A stretch of 64,000 bases of DNA from Roseibacillus sp. (lineage in GTDB: Bacteria > Verrucomicrobiota > Verrucomicrobiia > Verrucomicrobiales > Akkermansiaceae). Shown here piece by piece: positions 9,337 through 19,024 of this stretch (within the stretch, counting starts at the first letter, position 1; every line of letters begins with the position of its first letter). The position numbers and the translations under genes are program-made. The notes beneath the pieces are model-generated. The model made no database searches. It saw only the letters and a list, made by a program, of their open reading frames with translations, and was not told the DNA's origin. The stretch is taken from NCBI GenBank assembly GCA_051251855.1, contig JBPOGI010000001.1, forward strand, positions 1,376,001 to 1,440,000, in the 5' to 3' direction.

Positions 9337-9891
9337 TTAGTTTTCGTCTTCGACCAGTTCGATGTTAGCTCCGCCGATTTCGTCGAGGAGCGCCTTTGTT
9401 CCCTCCGCAGAGAACTTGGGGTCGCGTGCTTCGATAGAAATAAAGAATCCATCGTCGGTTGCGCGGGCGAACTGCTTACTAGCAAACAAAGGGTGATTAA
9501 GGCGTGGCAACTGCATCAGACCAAGAAGTCCAAACAAAGTAGTGAAACCTGAGAAAAGAACCGTCAGCTCGAACATGATCGGGAAGAAGGCTGGGACGGT
9601 GAAGATGTTTGCGGGTTTTCCCTGAACCACCGTGGGATAAATCTCGACTTGAGTAATATAGGCAAGGGCAAGAGCGGTACAGAAACCAGTCAACCCTCCA
9701 AAAAAGACGAAGTAAGGAAGGATTGAGCGCTTAATCCCCATCGCATCATCGAGACCGTGAATAGGATAAGAAGAGTGGCAATCCCACTTCTCGAAACCCG
9801 CATCGCGAACTTTCTCTGCTGCCTTGTAGAGCTTCGAGGCACTCTCGAATTCTGCCAAGTAACCGTAAACTCGTTTGACCGTGGTGCTCAT
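9337..9891 (-). CDS. actD: Alternative complex III subunit ActD (DUF3341)
   Basis: YPIHGLDDAMG, PAFFPIMFELTVLF, two TM segments. Confidence 0.9.
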   Translation of the reverse strand: MSTTVKRVYGYLAEFESASKLYKAAEKVRDAGFEKWDCHSSYPIHGLDDAMGIKRSILPYFVFFGGLTGFCTALALAYITQVEIYPTVVQGKPANIFTVPAFFPIMFELTVLFSGFTTLFGLLGLMQLPRLNHPLFASKQFARATDDGFFISIEARDPKFSAEGTKALLDEIGGANIELVEDEN

Positions 9892-11381
9892 CAGACTTTT
9901 GCCTCCCCATTTTCAATTTCAAGTTGATAGGCAGGGATAACCTCTGTGCCTTCGTCAACATGCTCTTCGTTATCTTCGAAGTGCGGGTCGCTTTCCAGCT
10001 TGGTCCACTTCACCTCCGCAATGTTAATGCAGGGCAAGAATCGGAGGAAGAGAAGGAAGAGCGTTAGGAACATTCCAATCGTGCCCACGAAGAGCATAAT
10101 GTCGTTTCCGCTTGGGTAGAAATACTTCCAGTCGCCAGGCAACCACATGCGGGAAAGAGTCGTGACAATAATCACAAAGCGTTCGAACCACATGCCGATG
10201 TTCACACACATACAAACTGCCATCACAACCCAGAGATTCTCGCGGCATTTTTTCCACCAGAAAATCTGAGGAGAAATTACGTTACAAGCCATCATGGTGA
10301 AGTAGGCCCAGTTGTAGGGACCAGCGATACGGAACTTGAAGGCTTCCATCTCATATTTAGCCGCTCCGTAGAACGCCATGAAGAGCTCCATAAGATAGGC
10401 GTATCCAACAATGGAACCGGTCAGGAGGATGATTTTCGCCATGTTATCGACGTGCTTCATCGTGATGAGGTCACTGAGGCCGTAGATGAAGCGAGCAGGA
10501 ATCATGATGGTCAATACCATCGCAAATCCGCCGAAAATCGCACCAGCGACAAAGTAAGGTGGGAAAATGGTGGTGTGCCATCCGGGAACGACAGAGGTCG
10601 CGAAGTCAAACGATACCACGGAGTGAACCGAGAGAACGAGTGGTGTCGAAAGAGCAGCCAAAAGCAAGTAGGCCATCTCATAGTGAGACCAGTGACGGTT
10701 CGAACCACGCCAGCCCAAACTGAAGACTCCGTAAAGAAGCTTACGAATCTTTCCAGTCGCTCGATCACGAATAGTCGCAAGGTCAGGAACCATTCCGAGA
10801 TACCAGAAGATAAGAGAAATGGTAAAGTAAGTCGAAACCGCGAAAACGTCCCAAAGAAGCGGAGACTTGAAGTTCTGCCAAATCGCGTTCGGGTTTGGAA
10901 TAGGAGCTAAATACCAAGCCATCCAAACACGACCAACGTGGAAGGCTGGGAAAATACCTGCGCACATCACCGCAAAAATGGTCATCGCCTCAGCGGCTCG
11001 GTTAATCGAGGTCCGCCAGTTCTGACGAGTCAGGAAGAGAATGGCCGAAATCAGCGTTCCTGCGTGACCAATACCAATCCAGAAAACGAAGTTTACAATC
11101 GGCCAACCCCACATCGCACGGTTGGAGTTTCCCCAAACGCCTACTCCAGTAGAAACAAGCTGGAACAAGCCCCCTCCCACTCCGATGGCTGCGATAAGAG
11201 CACAAGGAATGAAGAGCATCCACCAAAGCATAGGCTGGGGATTTTCGACCACTCCACAGATCCGCTCCGTGATCCAATTGTAGGACCGCTTGTTGAGAAT
11301 CAACTTCTCACGTTCAAGAACGGGCAACTTGGGCCCTTCTCTCTTCGCTGAAGTCTCGTTACTGACTGTTGCTTCCGCCAT
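9891..11381 (-). CDS. actC: Alternative complex III subunit ActC (NrfD family quinol-binding subunit)
   Basis: [56 protein letters not shown]. Confidence 0.95.
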   Translation of the reverse strand: MAEATVSNETSAKREGPKLPVLEREKLILNKRSYNWITERICGVVENPQPMLWWMLFIPCALIAAIGVGGGLFQLVSTGVGVWGNSNRAMWGWPIVNFVFWIGIGHAGTLISAILFLTRQNWRTSINRAAEAMTIFAVMCAGIFPAFHVGRVWMAWYLAPIPNPNAIWQNFKSPLLWDVFAVSTYFTISLIFWYLGMVPDLATIRDRATGKIRKLLYGVFSLGWRGSNRHWSHYEMAYLLLAALSTPLVLSVHSVVSFDFATSVVPGWHTTIFPPYFVAGAIFGGFAMVLTIMIPARFIYGLSDLITMKHVDNMAKIILLTGSIVGYAYLMELFMAFYGAAKYEMEAFKFRIAGPYNWAYFTMMACNVISPQIFWWKKCRENLWVVMAVCMCVNIGMWFERFVIIVTTLSRMWLPGDWKYFYPSGNDIMLFVGTIGMFLTLFLLFLRFLPCINIAEVKWTKLESDPHFEDNEEHVDEGTEVIPAYQLEIENGEAKV

Positions 11382-11387
11382 GCCCTA

Positions 11388-14300
11388 TTAGTGAATGTTG
11401 ATGGTCGCTTGTCCCACGCTCTTCGCGTCGGGCATTGCTGTGTTAGGATTTTTCACCCGCGCCAGGTAACTGGTCCGTGGCAAGGTGCCGATATAGTTCA
11501 AAAGGTCGTAGTTGCGCTGCGAGTTCTTAGCGCGCACCATGGCAGACTTGTCGCCGTCAAGCTTGTTACCGAAAGTAATGGCTCCTGCTGGACAAGCGTC
11601 CTGACAGGCCACCTTCGCAGAATCAACCTTGATGCGAAGGTCTTCGTTAGAAATCTCAACGCTAGTAGAAGCGACTCCAAGAGACTTCTTCCGAGTAATT
11701 TGTTTCTGCTTAATTTTAGCATTCTCAAGACGCTGCACGCAATAGGTGCACTTCTCCATCACCCCGCGCATGCGCACAGAAACGTTCGGGTTACGTTGAA
11801 GAGAGCGAGAATCACCCACCTGCTTCTCGCCCCAAGGACCCTTGTAGAGATTCTTCTCAACAAGAGGATTGCGCTTGTTGTAGTCGAAGAAGTTGAAGCG
11901 ACGTGCCTTATAAGGACAGTTATTCGCGCAGTAGCGGGTTCCGATACAGCGGTTGTAGGCCATCGCGTTGAGACCTTCCTCGGTGTGAACCGTTGCGTTG
12001 ACGGGGCAAACTACCTCACAAGGAGCAAGCTCACACTGCTGGCAAGCAACAGGCTGAGGAATCATCTCTGGATTATCCTCATCTCCATCAGGAGTCGCAG
12101 CATAGTAGCGGTCCATCCGAATCCAGTGCATTTCGCGACCTTTCGCGACTTGCTCTTTACCAACGACAGGAATCGTATTCTCAGACTGACAAGCGACCAA
12201 ACAAGCGTTGCAACCCATGCAAGTATTGAGGTCAATCGCCATCGCCCACTGGTGAATTTCATCCGAAATCAGTGGCTTACCCTCAGTATCGTTGGGCTTG
12301 TAGATGGAGTGATTCTTCGGCATGTGCGAATCCATGCCTTGCTTCGCGACCTTCTTGAGTTGGGTCTTGAAGTCCTTGGTGCCGTGACCTTTTGTCTCGA
12401 CATCAGCGGTAGAAATTTCACGAGCGAGCGCGCGACCATACATCGCGTGGTGCTCTTGGGTAAGCGCTACCGGATAGCGACCTGAATTCTTAGCAACCTT
12501 GGCACCGGTAGCGGCCCAAAGAGCGTCGAAGTTGCGGAGAGGATAAACGTTGAAGCCAGCATTGAGCCCCACATCACCAACCGTTGGCTGAGCAGAATTA
12601 AACTGAATGGCTCCACTACGGTCTTCATCGTCTGTTGCCTGCCCATAACCCACTGGAAGAACGATGGTGTTTTCAGCGAGACCAAAAGAAACAAGGACAG
12701 GCAGCTTAACTGATTTGCCACCGAGCGTGACATCGATCATGTAAGCACGAGCCTTTTCCCCTTCTCCAATCTCAGGACGGGGAGAGTTCTTAACGTCGAC
12801 CCCTGCCACATTGTTAATGGGCTCGAGCTCAACCAACTCCTTAGAAATTCCCAAAGCATCGGCTGTTTTGGGAGAAATGTAAGCGACGTTGTCCCAAGTG
12901 AGCTTGGAAATCGGGTCGGGAGCCTCTTGCAACCATGAGTTATCGATGTAGCGACCGTCCCAAACGGAAGCATCAGCTGCGAAAATCACATCCAAGGCAT
13001 CTTTGGTCGGAGCAGCTGCCTCGAGAGCTTTGCCAGGGTTAGCATTTACGTTAGGAGCCTTAGCTTCGGGATAAGTAGCATCAACGAAACCTTCTTGAAG
13101 AGCCTTTGCCCAAGAAGAAGCGTCTTTGCCAACAGCGGCATCAAAGGTCTTGCGAACTTCATCGTAGCCCGCAGAAGGAGTCGTTTCGTCACCCAGCTTC
13201 AGCTCGCCTCCATTAAGAAGTGCGCTCAACAATTCTAGCTCGCCCACTCCGTCATAGAGAGGAAGAATCAGAGGTTGAATCAGAGCATGGGTTCCTTTTG
13301 CCGTTTTGGCATCCGACCAGCTTTCCAAGTAGTGAGCGGCAGGAACGTGCCAAGTGGTAGCGTAAGAAGTTGCATCGGTGCGAAGACCCAAATGAATGGA
13401 AGTCTTCACCTTGCCGAGCAACTCCTTGAAATTAACATCCGCAGGAGAATCGTAAACAGGGTTACTAGGGGTGAGGAGAATGAGAGTCTCCAGCGCGCCT
13501 CCCTCAAGGTCCTTCACCAACTGAGTGAATCCAGCAAAGTTCTTCGTTCCGGTTTGAACGAGAGTGGCAGGCTTTCCTTTTCCAACGTTACCAAGAGCAA
13601 CGTTGATAGCGGCAACCACCTCATGGAGTTCTTTGGACTGACGGCTACCCGCAAGAACCACAGACTTGCCCTTGTTAGACTGTAAGTCCTTCGCACACTC
13701 AGCGACCCACTTGGCATCGGACTCTGAAAGAGAAACATCTCCTTGAACCTTCGCTCCAACAGCCTTGCCAACTGCAGTTGCGATCTTAATAAACTGACTT
13801 GGAGCGATGCGAAGACGATGATCAGCTACCCCACCAGTGAGAGAGTAGGCTGCCTCTACCTGGTAGAGACGGTTCATCTCCTCCGCCTTCATCTCGTGGG
13901 CGTAAAGCTTGTCCTTATCGTGCGCACCACCTTGACGGCGGTCGAAGAACGGCTTCACAGGACCAACTTGGTCAAGTGAGGTGAAATCGCAGTCGAAAGA
14001 AAGAATGCGGTCCGCTTTTTCGAAATCAACCACCATGCGAACTCCAGCGCCAAGAACCTCTTCAGAAGCGTGACTCTCTAGAGCCTCGTAACGGTAGGCC
14101 TTGGCCGCGGGAAACTTCTTTTTAATTTCGCCCCAAACACGATTGCGGGTCGGGCTGTCATCTTCTCCAAAAACAAAGCCTACTTTACCAGGATTCGCAG
14201 AGAGCTCCTTGAGCGCAGCATCCAATTCGGCACGAGTAGACTTTTTACCGTCCTTGAGGACATCCTTGGAACGGAAGGGATCGTAAAGATTGAGAATGGA

Positions 14301-14738
14301 AGCCTGAGTGAAAGCATCAGTTCCGCTTGCGTCTGCAAAAGCGTTGTTAGGCTCCAACTTGGTGGGGCGACCCTCGAAAGTGGTCACCACCAAAGGAACC
14401 GCTCCTCCTGGACGAGGCATGGTGGTCGCGTAATAGAGAGCCTTTCCGGGAATCACCCACTCAGGAGCCTGGGTATAAGGAACAATGTAAGTCTCTGGGC
14501 GACGACAAGACGCCAAACCAAAACCGGCAAGTGCTGAGGAAGCACCCATCAATTTGACGAAACTACGACGGGAAAGCTCGCGCTCTTCTTCGGTCAACTC
14601 GCCGCTTTTCTCGGGAAATTCGCGATGCAGCCAATCCTGAAACAGAGGATTACCTTCCAACTCGGCGGGACTGCGCCAAACCTGAGTCTCCAGCTCGTCA
14701 GCGGGCACTTCAGGATGATTCCAAACTCGTTTACTCAT
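11388..14738 (-). CDS. actB: Alternative complex III subunit ActB (molybdopterin-oxidoreductase-like plus Fe-S domain)
   Basis: Tat motif SRRSFVK with lipobox LASC. Fe-S motifs CMGCNACLVAC, CQQCELAPCEVVCP, CIGTRYCANNCPY, CTYC...CQDACP. Confidence 0.95.
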   Translation of the reverse strand: MSKRVWNHPEVPADELETQVWRSPAELEGNPLFQDWLHREFPEKSGELTEEERELSRRSFVKLMGASSALAGFGLASCRRPETYIVPYTQAPEWVIPGKALYYATTMPRPGGAVPLVVTTFEGRPTKLEPNNAFADASGTDAFTQASILNLYDPFRSKDVLKDGKKSTRAELDAALKELSANPGKVGFVFGEDDSPTRNRVWGEIKKKFPAAKAYRYEALESHASEEVLGAGVRMVVDFEKADRILSFDCDFTSLDQVGPVKPFFDRRQGGAHDKDKLYAHEMKAEEMNRLYQVEAAYSLTGGVADHRLRIAPSQFIKIATAVGKAVGAKVQGDVSLSESDAKWVAECAKDLQSNKGKSVVLAGSRQSKELHEVVAAINVALGNVGKGKPATLVQTGTKNFAGFTQLVKDLEGGALETLILLTPSNPVYDSPADVNFKELLGKVKTSIHLGLRTDATSYATTWHVPAAHYLESWSDAKTAKGTHALIQPLILPLYDGVGELELLSALLNGGELKLGDETTPSAGYDEVRKTFDAAVGKDASSWAKALQEGFVDATYPEAKAPNVNANPGKALEAAAPTKDALDVIFAADASVWDGRYIDNSWLQEAPDPISKLTWDNVAYISPKTADALGISKELVELEPINNVAGVDVKNSPRPEIGEGEKARAYMIDVTLGGKSVKLPVLVSFGLAENTIVLPVGYGQATDDEDRSGAIQFNSAQPTVGDVGLNAGFNVYPLRNFDALWAATGAKVAKNSGRYPVALTQEHHAMYGRALAREISTADVETKGHGTKDFKTQLKKVAKQGMDSHMPKNHSIYKPNDTEGKPLISDEIHQWAMAIDLNTCMGCNACLVACQSENTIPVVGKEQVAKGREMHWIRMDRYYAATPDGDEDNPEMIPQPVACQQCELAPCEVVCPVNATVHTEEGLNAMAYNRCIGTRYCANNCPYKARRFNFFDYNKRNPLVEKNLYKGPWGEKQVGDSRSLQRNPNVSVRMRGVMEKCTYCVQRLENAKIKQKQITRKKSLGVASTSVEISNEDLRIKVDSAKVACQDACPAGAITFGNKLDGDKSAMVRAKNSQRNYDLLNYIGTLPRTSYLARVKNPNTAMPDAKSVGQATINIH

Positions 14739-14757
14739 CTTGGGCGTAAAATTCTAA

Positions 14758-15486
14758 TTAGCGGTGACAGGTAGCGCAGCTCTCTTTGGGCTTCACATTC
14801 CAGTGTGCCTTCAGGTAATTCCCGAAATCGGTCTGGGACTCAATGGCGTTGCCTTTCGCATCCTTGATGGGATTGGCCTTCAAATACTTCTCAACGTCGT
14901 AATCGAGGTTAGTCACCTCTTCAATAGGACGAAGATGCTCCTCGGGGGCTCGGTGACAATCAAGACACCATCCCATTGAAAGAGACTCTTCATGATGAAC
15001 AATCTTCATCTTATCAACGTCACCGTGACAACTCTGACAAGAGACCCCGCGGTTTACGTGTGCAGAGTGGTTAAAGTAGACATAATCGGGCGCCTTGTGA
15101 ACACGCACCCACTCAAGAGGAACCGGCGTCACTTCAGCACCGCTTTTTTGGTCAATGCCCATTGCAGCGTAGAGAGGAGAAAGCTTTGGACTATCCGACT
15201 TTACCTTGTTGGGTCCGTGGCAATTCCAACAGACATTCGCCGATGGCACATTCGCGTGGGAACCATGCTCTACAAAACTGTGACAGTAACGACAATCCAT
15301 CCCCAACTGGTTCACGTGAATCTCGTGACTGTAAGGGATTGGTTGGGTGGGTTGGTATCCGACCCGTAGTGAGCTTGGGTTAATGTAGACCGCAAACACA
15401 AACGTCACTCCGAACGCAAGAGCCCCGAGGCAAATTGCGAGTTTGAGTGGTGTAAAATTGGACCAACGAGGAAAGAAATTCGCCAT
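14758..15486 (-). CDS. actA: Alternative complex III pentaheme cytochrome ActA
   Basis: One TM and five CxxCH motifs (CRYCH, CWNCH, CQSCH, CLDCH, CATCH). Confidence 0.93.
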   Translation of the reverse strand: MANFFPRWSNFTPLKLAICLGALAFGVTFVFAVYINPSSLRVGYQPTQPIPYSHEIHVNQLGMDCRYCHSFVEHGSHANVPSANVCWNCHGPNKVKSDSPKLSPLYAAMGIDQKSGAEVTPVPLEWVRVHKAPDYVYFNHSAHVNRGVSCQSCHGDVDKMKIVHHEESLSMGWCLDCHRAPEEHLRPIEEVTNLDYDVEKYLKANPIKDAKGNAIESQTDFGNYLKAHWNVKPKESCATCHR

Positions 15487-15507
15487 GGACGGACTGAGGT
15501 TACGAGC

Positions 15508-15550
15508 TTGTGAAATTTTTCACAAGCTCAGTTTGTGAAATTTTTCACAA
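15508..15550. promoter_or_regulatory. Two identical palindromic operators TTGTGAAATTTTTCACAA (Rex-type; also fits the CRP consensus)
   Basis: Copies at 15508-15525 and 15533-15550, 21-64 nt upstream of the actA ATG. Confidence 0.8.
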
Positions 15551-15800
15551 AGTTTGTGACAGCCCGAAAGAGTGTCCTCGTTCGTGCTGCGCGGACGGTG
15601 TAAGACCCAATCGAACCTTCACGCAACTGCTTTCTGCAAAAAAGTCTGACTGTGAGATCGAGTCTCAATAACAAGTGGATTTGGGAGTAATTTTAGTCCC
15701 GAATCAGAGTCCACTCTTCGAGCCCTTTCAAGGAACCTCTATTAGTCTGCCTTCTTCATAAGGATCGATGTCAGCGAAAGAACAACACCTGCGGCAGGTC

Positions 15801-16847
15801 CTATCTTCCCCGACGCCCTCGCCCTGGTTTCTCGTCGATGACCCCGTCTCCATCCCGATCCTCGCCGTAAGGAATCTCATTCTTAAAGTGGACCCCCTTG
15901 CGGCGCCCTTCCTGAACATGCTCGCGATAGACCTTGCGCTGCTCAGCCTTTGCAAAGACTGCGTTCGCCTTTTCCAGAGCCTTCTTTAATTCTCCACTCG
16001 TCGCTGAGAGAGAGAATTCACCCAAAACCTTTCCTTCTTGGCCAAAAGCATCTGCCTGAATCACAAAATACCCTGCCTGAGACTTCTCCCCTGCCACCAA
16101 TTCAGCCCAATCAGCATCCGAACTCTTTTCCGCAAAATCATGATGAAAACGCCCCACAACCTCGGAATCATTAAGAACCGCCTGCAACACCTTGGTTACT
16201 CGCCTACGCTCCTCTTTGCTTGATACAGTCAAGAGCAAGAGCCGTTGGTCTCCCGAAGCCACATTGAGCGCCTGCCGTGAGGTATGAAAGTCCTGAACGA
16301 CGGCTTCACTGGCAGCTCCCTTAGCTCGGTAGTCTCCCGCTATTTTCTTCAAAACCGTGATGAGAGCCTCAGGATCATCGGCAGCCCCTCCTCGACGTCC
16401 TAACAACGAACTCGGGCCACGGCCACTTTTCGAGAGTCGCGTTTCACCATCAGGAGCAAGAATACAAAAAGCGGTATTCGCAAAGGCTCCTCTCAAGAAA
16501 GTGCGAACCATCTCTTGATGCTTCTCGGACTCATAAGATTCCAAGCGAACACACACGAAGTCGCGACTGGAGGCGATAAAGTCATCTTGCGAGAACAAAC
16601 TGTTCTGCGTAGCGGTATAGCCCGGTCAGAAAACCCCAGGGATGCCATTACAAGTTGCCGCTGCAGCCATAAAAAATATCGGCCGCTGGGAACGCTTGGC
16701 CTCAGCCAAAGCCGAATCCCAAGTAGTATACCAAGCCACCCCTGGTGCGCCTACAGCCTGAGGCGAGGCCGTCAGGTCCTCTGGACGCGGGCCTTGCGAG
16801 AAAACAAGTGCACTACTACTGAATAGAAGGAAAAATATTCTTTTCAT
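15801..16847 (-). CDS. Exported thioredoxin-like putative selenoprotein (Sec at TGA 16626-16628), 348 aa
   Basis: ORFs 16626..16928 and 15801..16598 are in the same frame and separated by one TGA (TCNGIPGVF-U-PGYTATQNSLFSQDDF). Signal-peptide-like start MKRIFFLLF, Trx-like W..TWDSALAEAKRSQRPIF segment, downstream hairpin. Confidence 0.7.
16589..16608 (-). promoter_or_regulatory. Candidate bacterial SECIS hairpin
   Basis: GCAGAACA-GUU-UGUUCUCGC begins 17 nt 3' of the UGA, with G at the loop start. Confidence 0.55.
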
Positions 16848-16938
16848 CACTCCTACTAACCCCGCCTTTCCAAGAGAGTCGCGCTGATTCTTGTTAAGAA
16901 TCGGACATACACTCCTCACTCTCGCCACCCCTCAGCTT

Positions 16939-18894
16939 CTAAGCAGAAATCTGACGCGGTATCTCATCGGTATTTTGCGGTTTCATCGGCCCATTCAACT
17001 CCCCCATGCGACGAAGAAACTCGGAATAGTAGAGCACTTCCAAGCGCCCGTCGGCGTGCTCAACCACGCAACTCATACTCTCTACCCAATCTCCCGAATT
17101 AAGATAACGAATATCCTCCATCGTCTTATCTTCTGCGGTATGAATATGCCCGCAGATGATTCCATCGCAACCCCTCTTGCGAGCTAGACCCACAAGCTGT
17201 TCTTCGTATTTACCGACAAAGCTCACCGCATTCTTCACCTTCTCTTTAATCCTTTTGCTGATGGAGTGATACTCTTGACCCCGCCACCTGCGGTAACGAT
17301 TGTAGACCCGATTGACCTTTAGCAAGGAATCATAACCAAAGGCTCCCAACATCGCCACAAAACGAAAATTGGACGCAATATGATCGAAGCCATCTCCGTG
17401 AATCACGAGATATTTTCGTCCATCCACCCCTTGATGGATCGCCTCCTTCCTCAACTTTATTAGCCCGAAGTCGATGGGAAAAAAGCGCTCCAAAACATCA
17501 TCATGATTTCCTCGAAGATAGGTCACCTCGGTCTCCTCCTTCTCGCTCTTTTTTAGTATCGTTCGAATTACGCGAGTATGGCGCTTGCTCCAGATAGTTC
17601 CCCGCTTCAAAGCCCAGCCATCAATGATATCACCATTTAGGTAGAGCTTCTTGCAGCGGGTATGCTTCAGGAAGTCGACGAGTTCCTTTGTCTTGGACTC
17701 TGGTGTTCCTAAATGAATATCAGAAATAAAGATACTCTCGAAACGGAGAACGCTACTCCCCGTCCGGACTTTCTTGGGGGCACCGTATCGTTCGGCAGTT
17801 GCCGAAAGCAAAGACTCAAAGGTGTCGACAATCTGACTCCAGCCATTCTTCTCGCTGTGAGAGCGCGCCATTTGGCTCAAATCCCTCCAACTGGAAGCCT
17901 TTGCTAACACTTTCGCACGGCGCACAAATCCCTCCTCGTCACCTCGTGGCACTTTCAAACCATTGCCCCCATCGACAACATGAATCCTCGAAGCCGCATA
18001 ATCGTAGCTCAAGGTCACAAGTCCACTGGCCATCCCCTCTAACAAAACATTCCCGAATGTCTCTGTTTCACTCGGAAAGAGAAGAACATCAGCTGAAGCA
18101 TAGTGCCGCGCCAACTCCTCCCCACAAAGAACCCCAGCGAAGATCACCTCAGGGAACCCTCGCTCAAGCTTAGCCCTCAATGGACCATCCCCCACCACCA
18201 CGCACTTCGCCTCCTCACACTCCTCTCGCGCCCGTCTAAATGCCTCTAACCCGAATTCCAGATTTTTCTCCGCCGCCAGGCGCCCAACGATCAGATAGAC
18301 TGGTTCATCTTCATTGACTCCCCACTCTCGCCTTAAGCCCGCATCTCTCTTCTCAGGATGAAAAAGAGCAGCGTCCACCCCTCGCCCCAACACCTCCACG
18401 TTCTCAAAGGCATGCATCCGCAGGGTCTCCGCGACATCAGCCGAAGGAGTCACCGTTAAATCCGCTAACTCATGAATCTTCCGCAACCAAGCTAACATCG
18501 GAGCCTTCAGCCCGCCCAATCGATACTGCTCCAAATAGTCGTGAAAACAGGTATGAAATCCTATTACAGACGGAATACCTAAACTCTGTGCGGCTTGCAA
18601 AGCCGAAAGCCCCATCGGACTCTCCGTCGCGACATAGACCACGTCTGGCCTCTTCCGAAACCAACGCTTCCGGAACTTCACCGGCCGAGGCAGACCAATG
18701 CGAATCTCTTTATACCCCGGCATGCGAAAAAACCGCGCTGTAGTATCGCCCCCTTCTTCCGGCTTCTCATCCGCAGTGTGAATCACGTGCACTAGGTGCC
18801 CCTTGAGACGCAAGCCTTCCACCAAGCGGCCAATCGTCATAGCCACTCCATTGACGTCCGGAGTAAAAGTATCTGTTACAATATCAATTCTCAT
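16939..18894 (-). CDS. Fusion of GT4 glycosyltransferase and PlcP/LpxH-like metallophosphoesterase
   Basis: N-half DTFTPDVNGVA...ETFGNVLLEGMASG. C-half ISDIHLG, GDIIDGW, GNHD, HGD, CGHIH, NSGDWVES. Confidence 0.88.
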   Translation of the reverse strand: MRIDIVTDTFTPDVNGVAMTIGRLVEGLRLKGHLVHVIHTADEKPEEGGDTTARFFRMPGYKEIRIGLPRPVKFRKRWFRKRPDVVYVATESPMGLSALQAAQSLGIPSVIGFHTCFHDYLEQYRLGGLKAPMLAWLRKIHELADLTVTPSADVAETLRMHAFENVEVLGRGVDAALFHPEKRDAGLRREWGVNEDEPVYLIVGRLAAEKNLEFGLEAFRRAREECEEAKCVVVGDGPLRAKLERGFPEVIFAGVLCGEELARHYASADVLLFPSETETFGNVLLEGMASGLVTLSYDYAASRIHVVDGGNGLKVPRGDEEGFVRRAKVLAKASSWRDLSQMARSHSEKNGWSQIVDTFESLLSATAERYGAPKKVRTGSSVLRFESIFISDIHLGTPESKTKELVDFLKHTRCKKLYLNGDIIDGWALKRGTIWSKRHTRVIRTILKKSEKEETEVTYLRGNHDDVLERFFPIDFGLIKLRKEAIHQGVDGRKYLVIHGDGFDHIASNFRFVAMLGAFGYDSLLKVNRVYNRYRRWRGQEYHSISKRIKEKVKNAVSFVGKYEEQLVGLARKRGCDGIICGHIHTAEDKTMEDIRYLNSGDWVESMSCVVEHADGRLEVLYYSEFLRRMGELNGPMKPQNTDEIPRQISA

Positions 18895-19024
18895 AATTTG
18901 AGAGGCCCACTGGTCTCTTCGTAGTGTTCTTTTTCATGAAACCTAAGGAATTCAAAACAACCTGAGGTGAAGATTTCGTCACACAGAGACTTATAAGGTT
19001 TCCCCCACAAGAGCTGAGCAACCG

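Noticed and set aside
11391..12485. 364-aa plus-strand ORF
   Set aside because: Antisense shadow of actB with no recognisable motifs.
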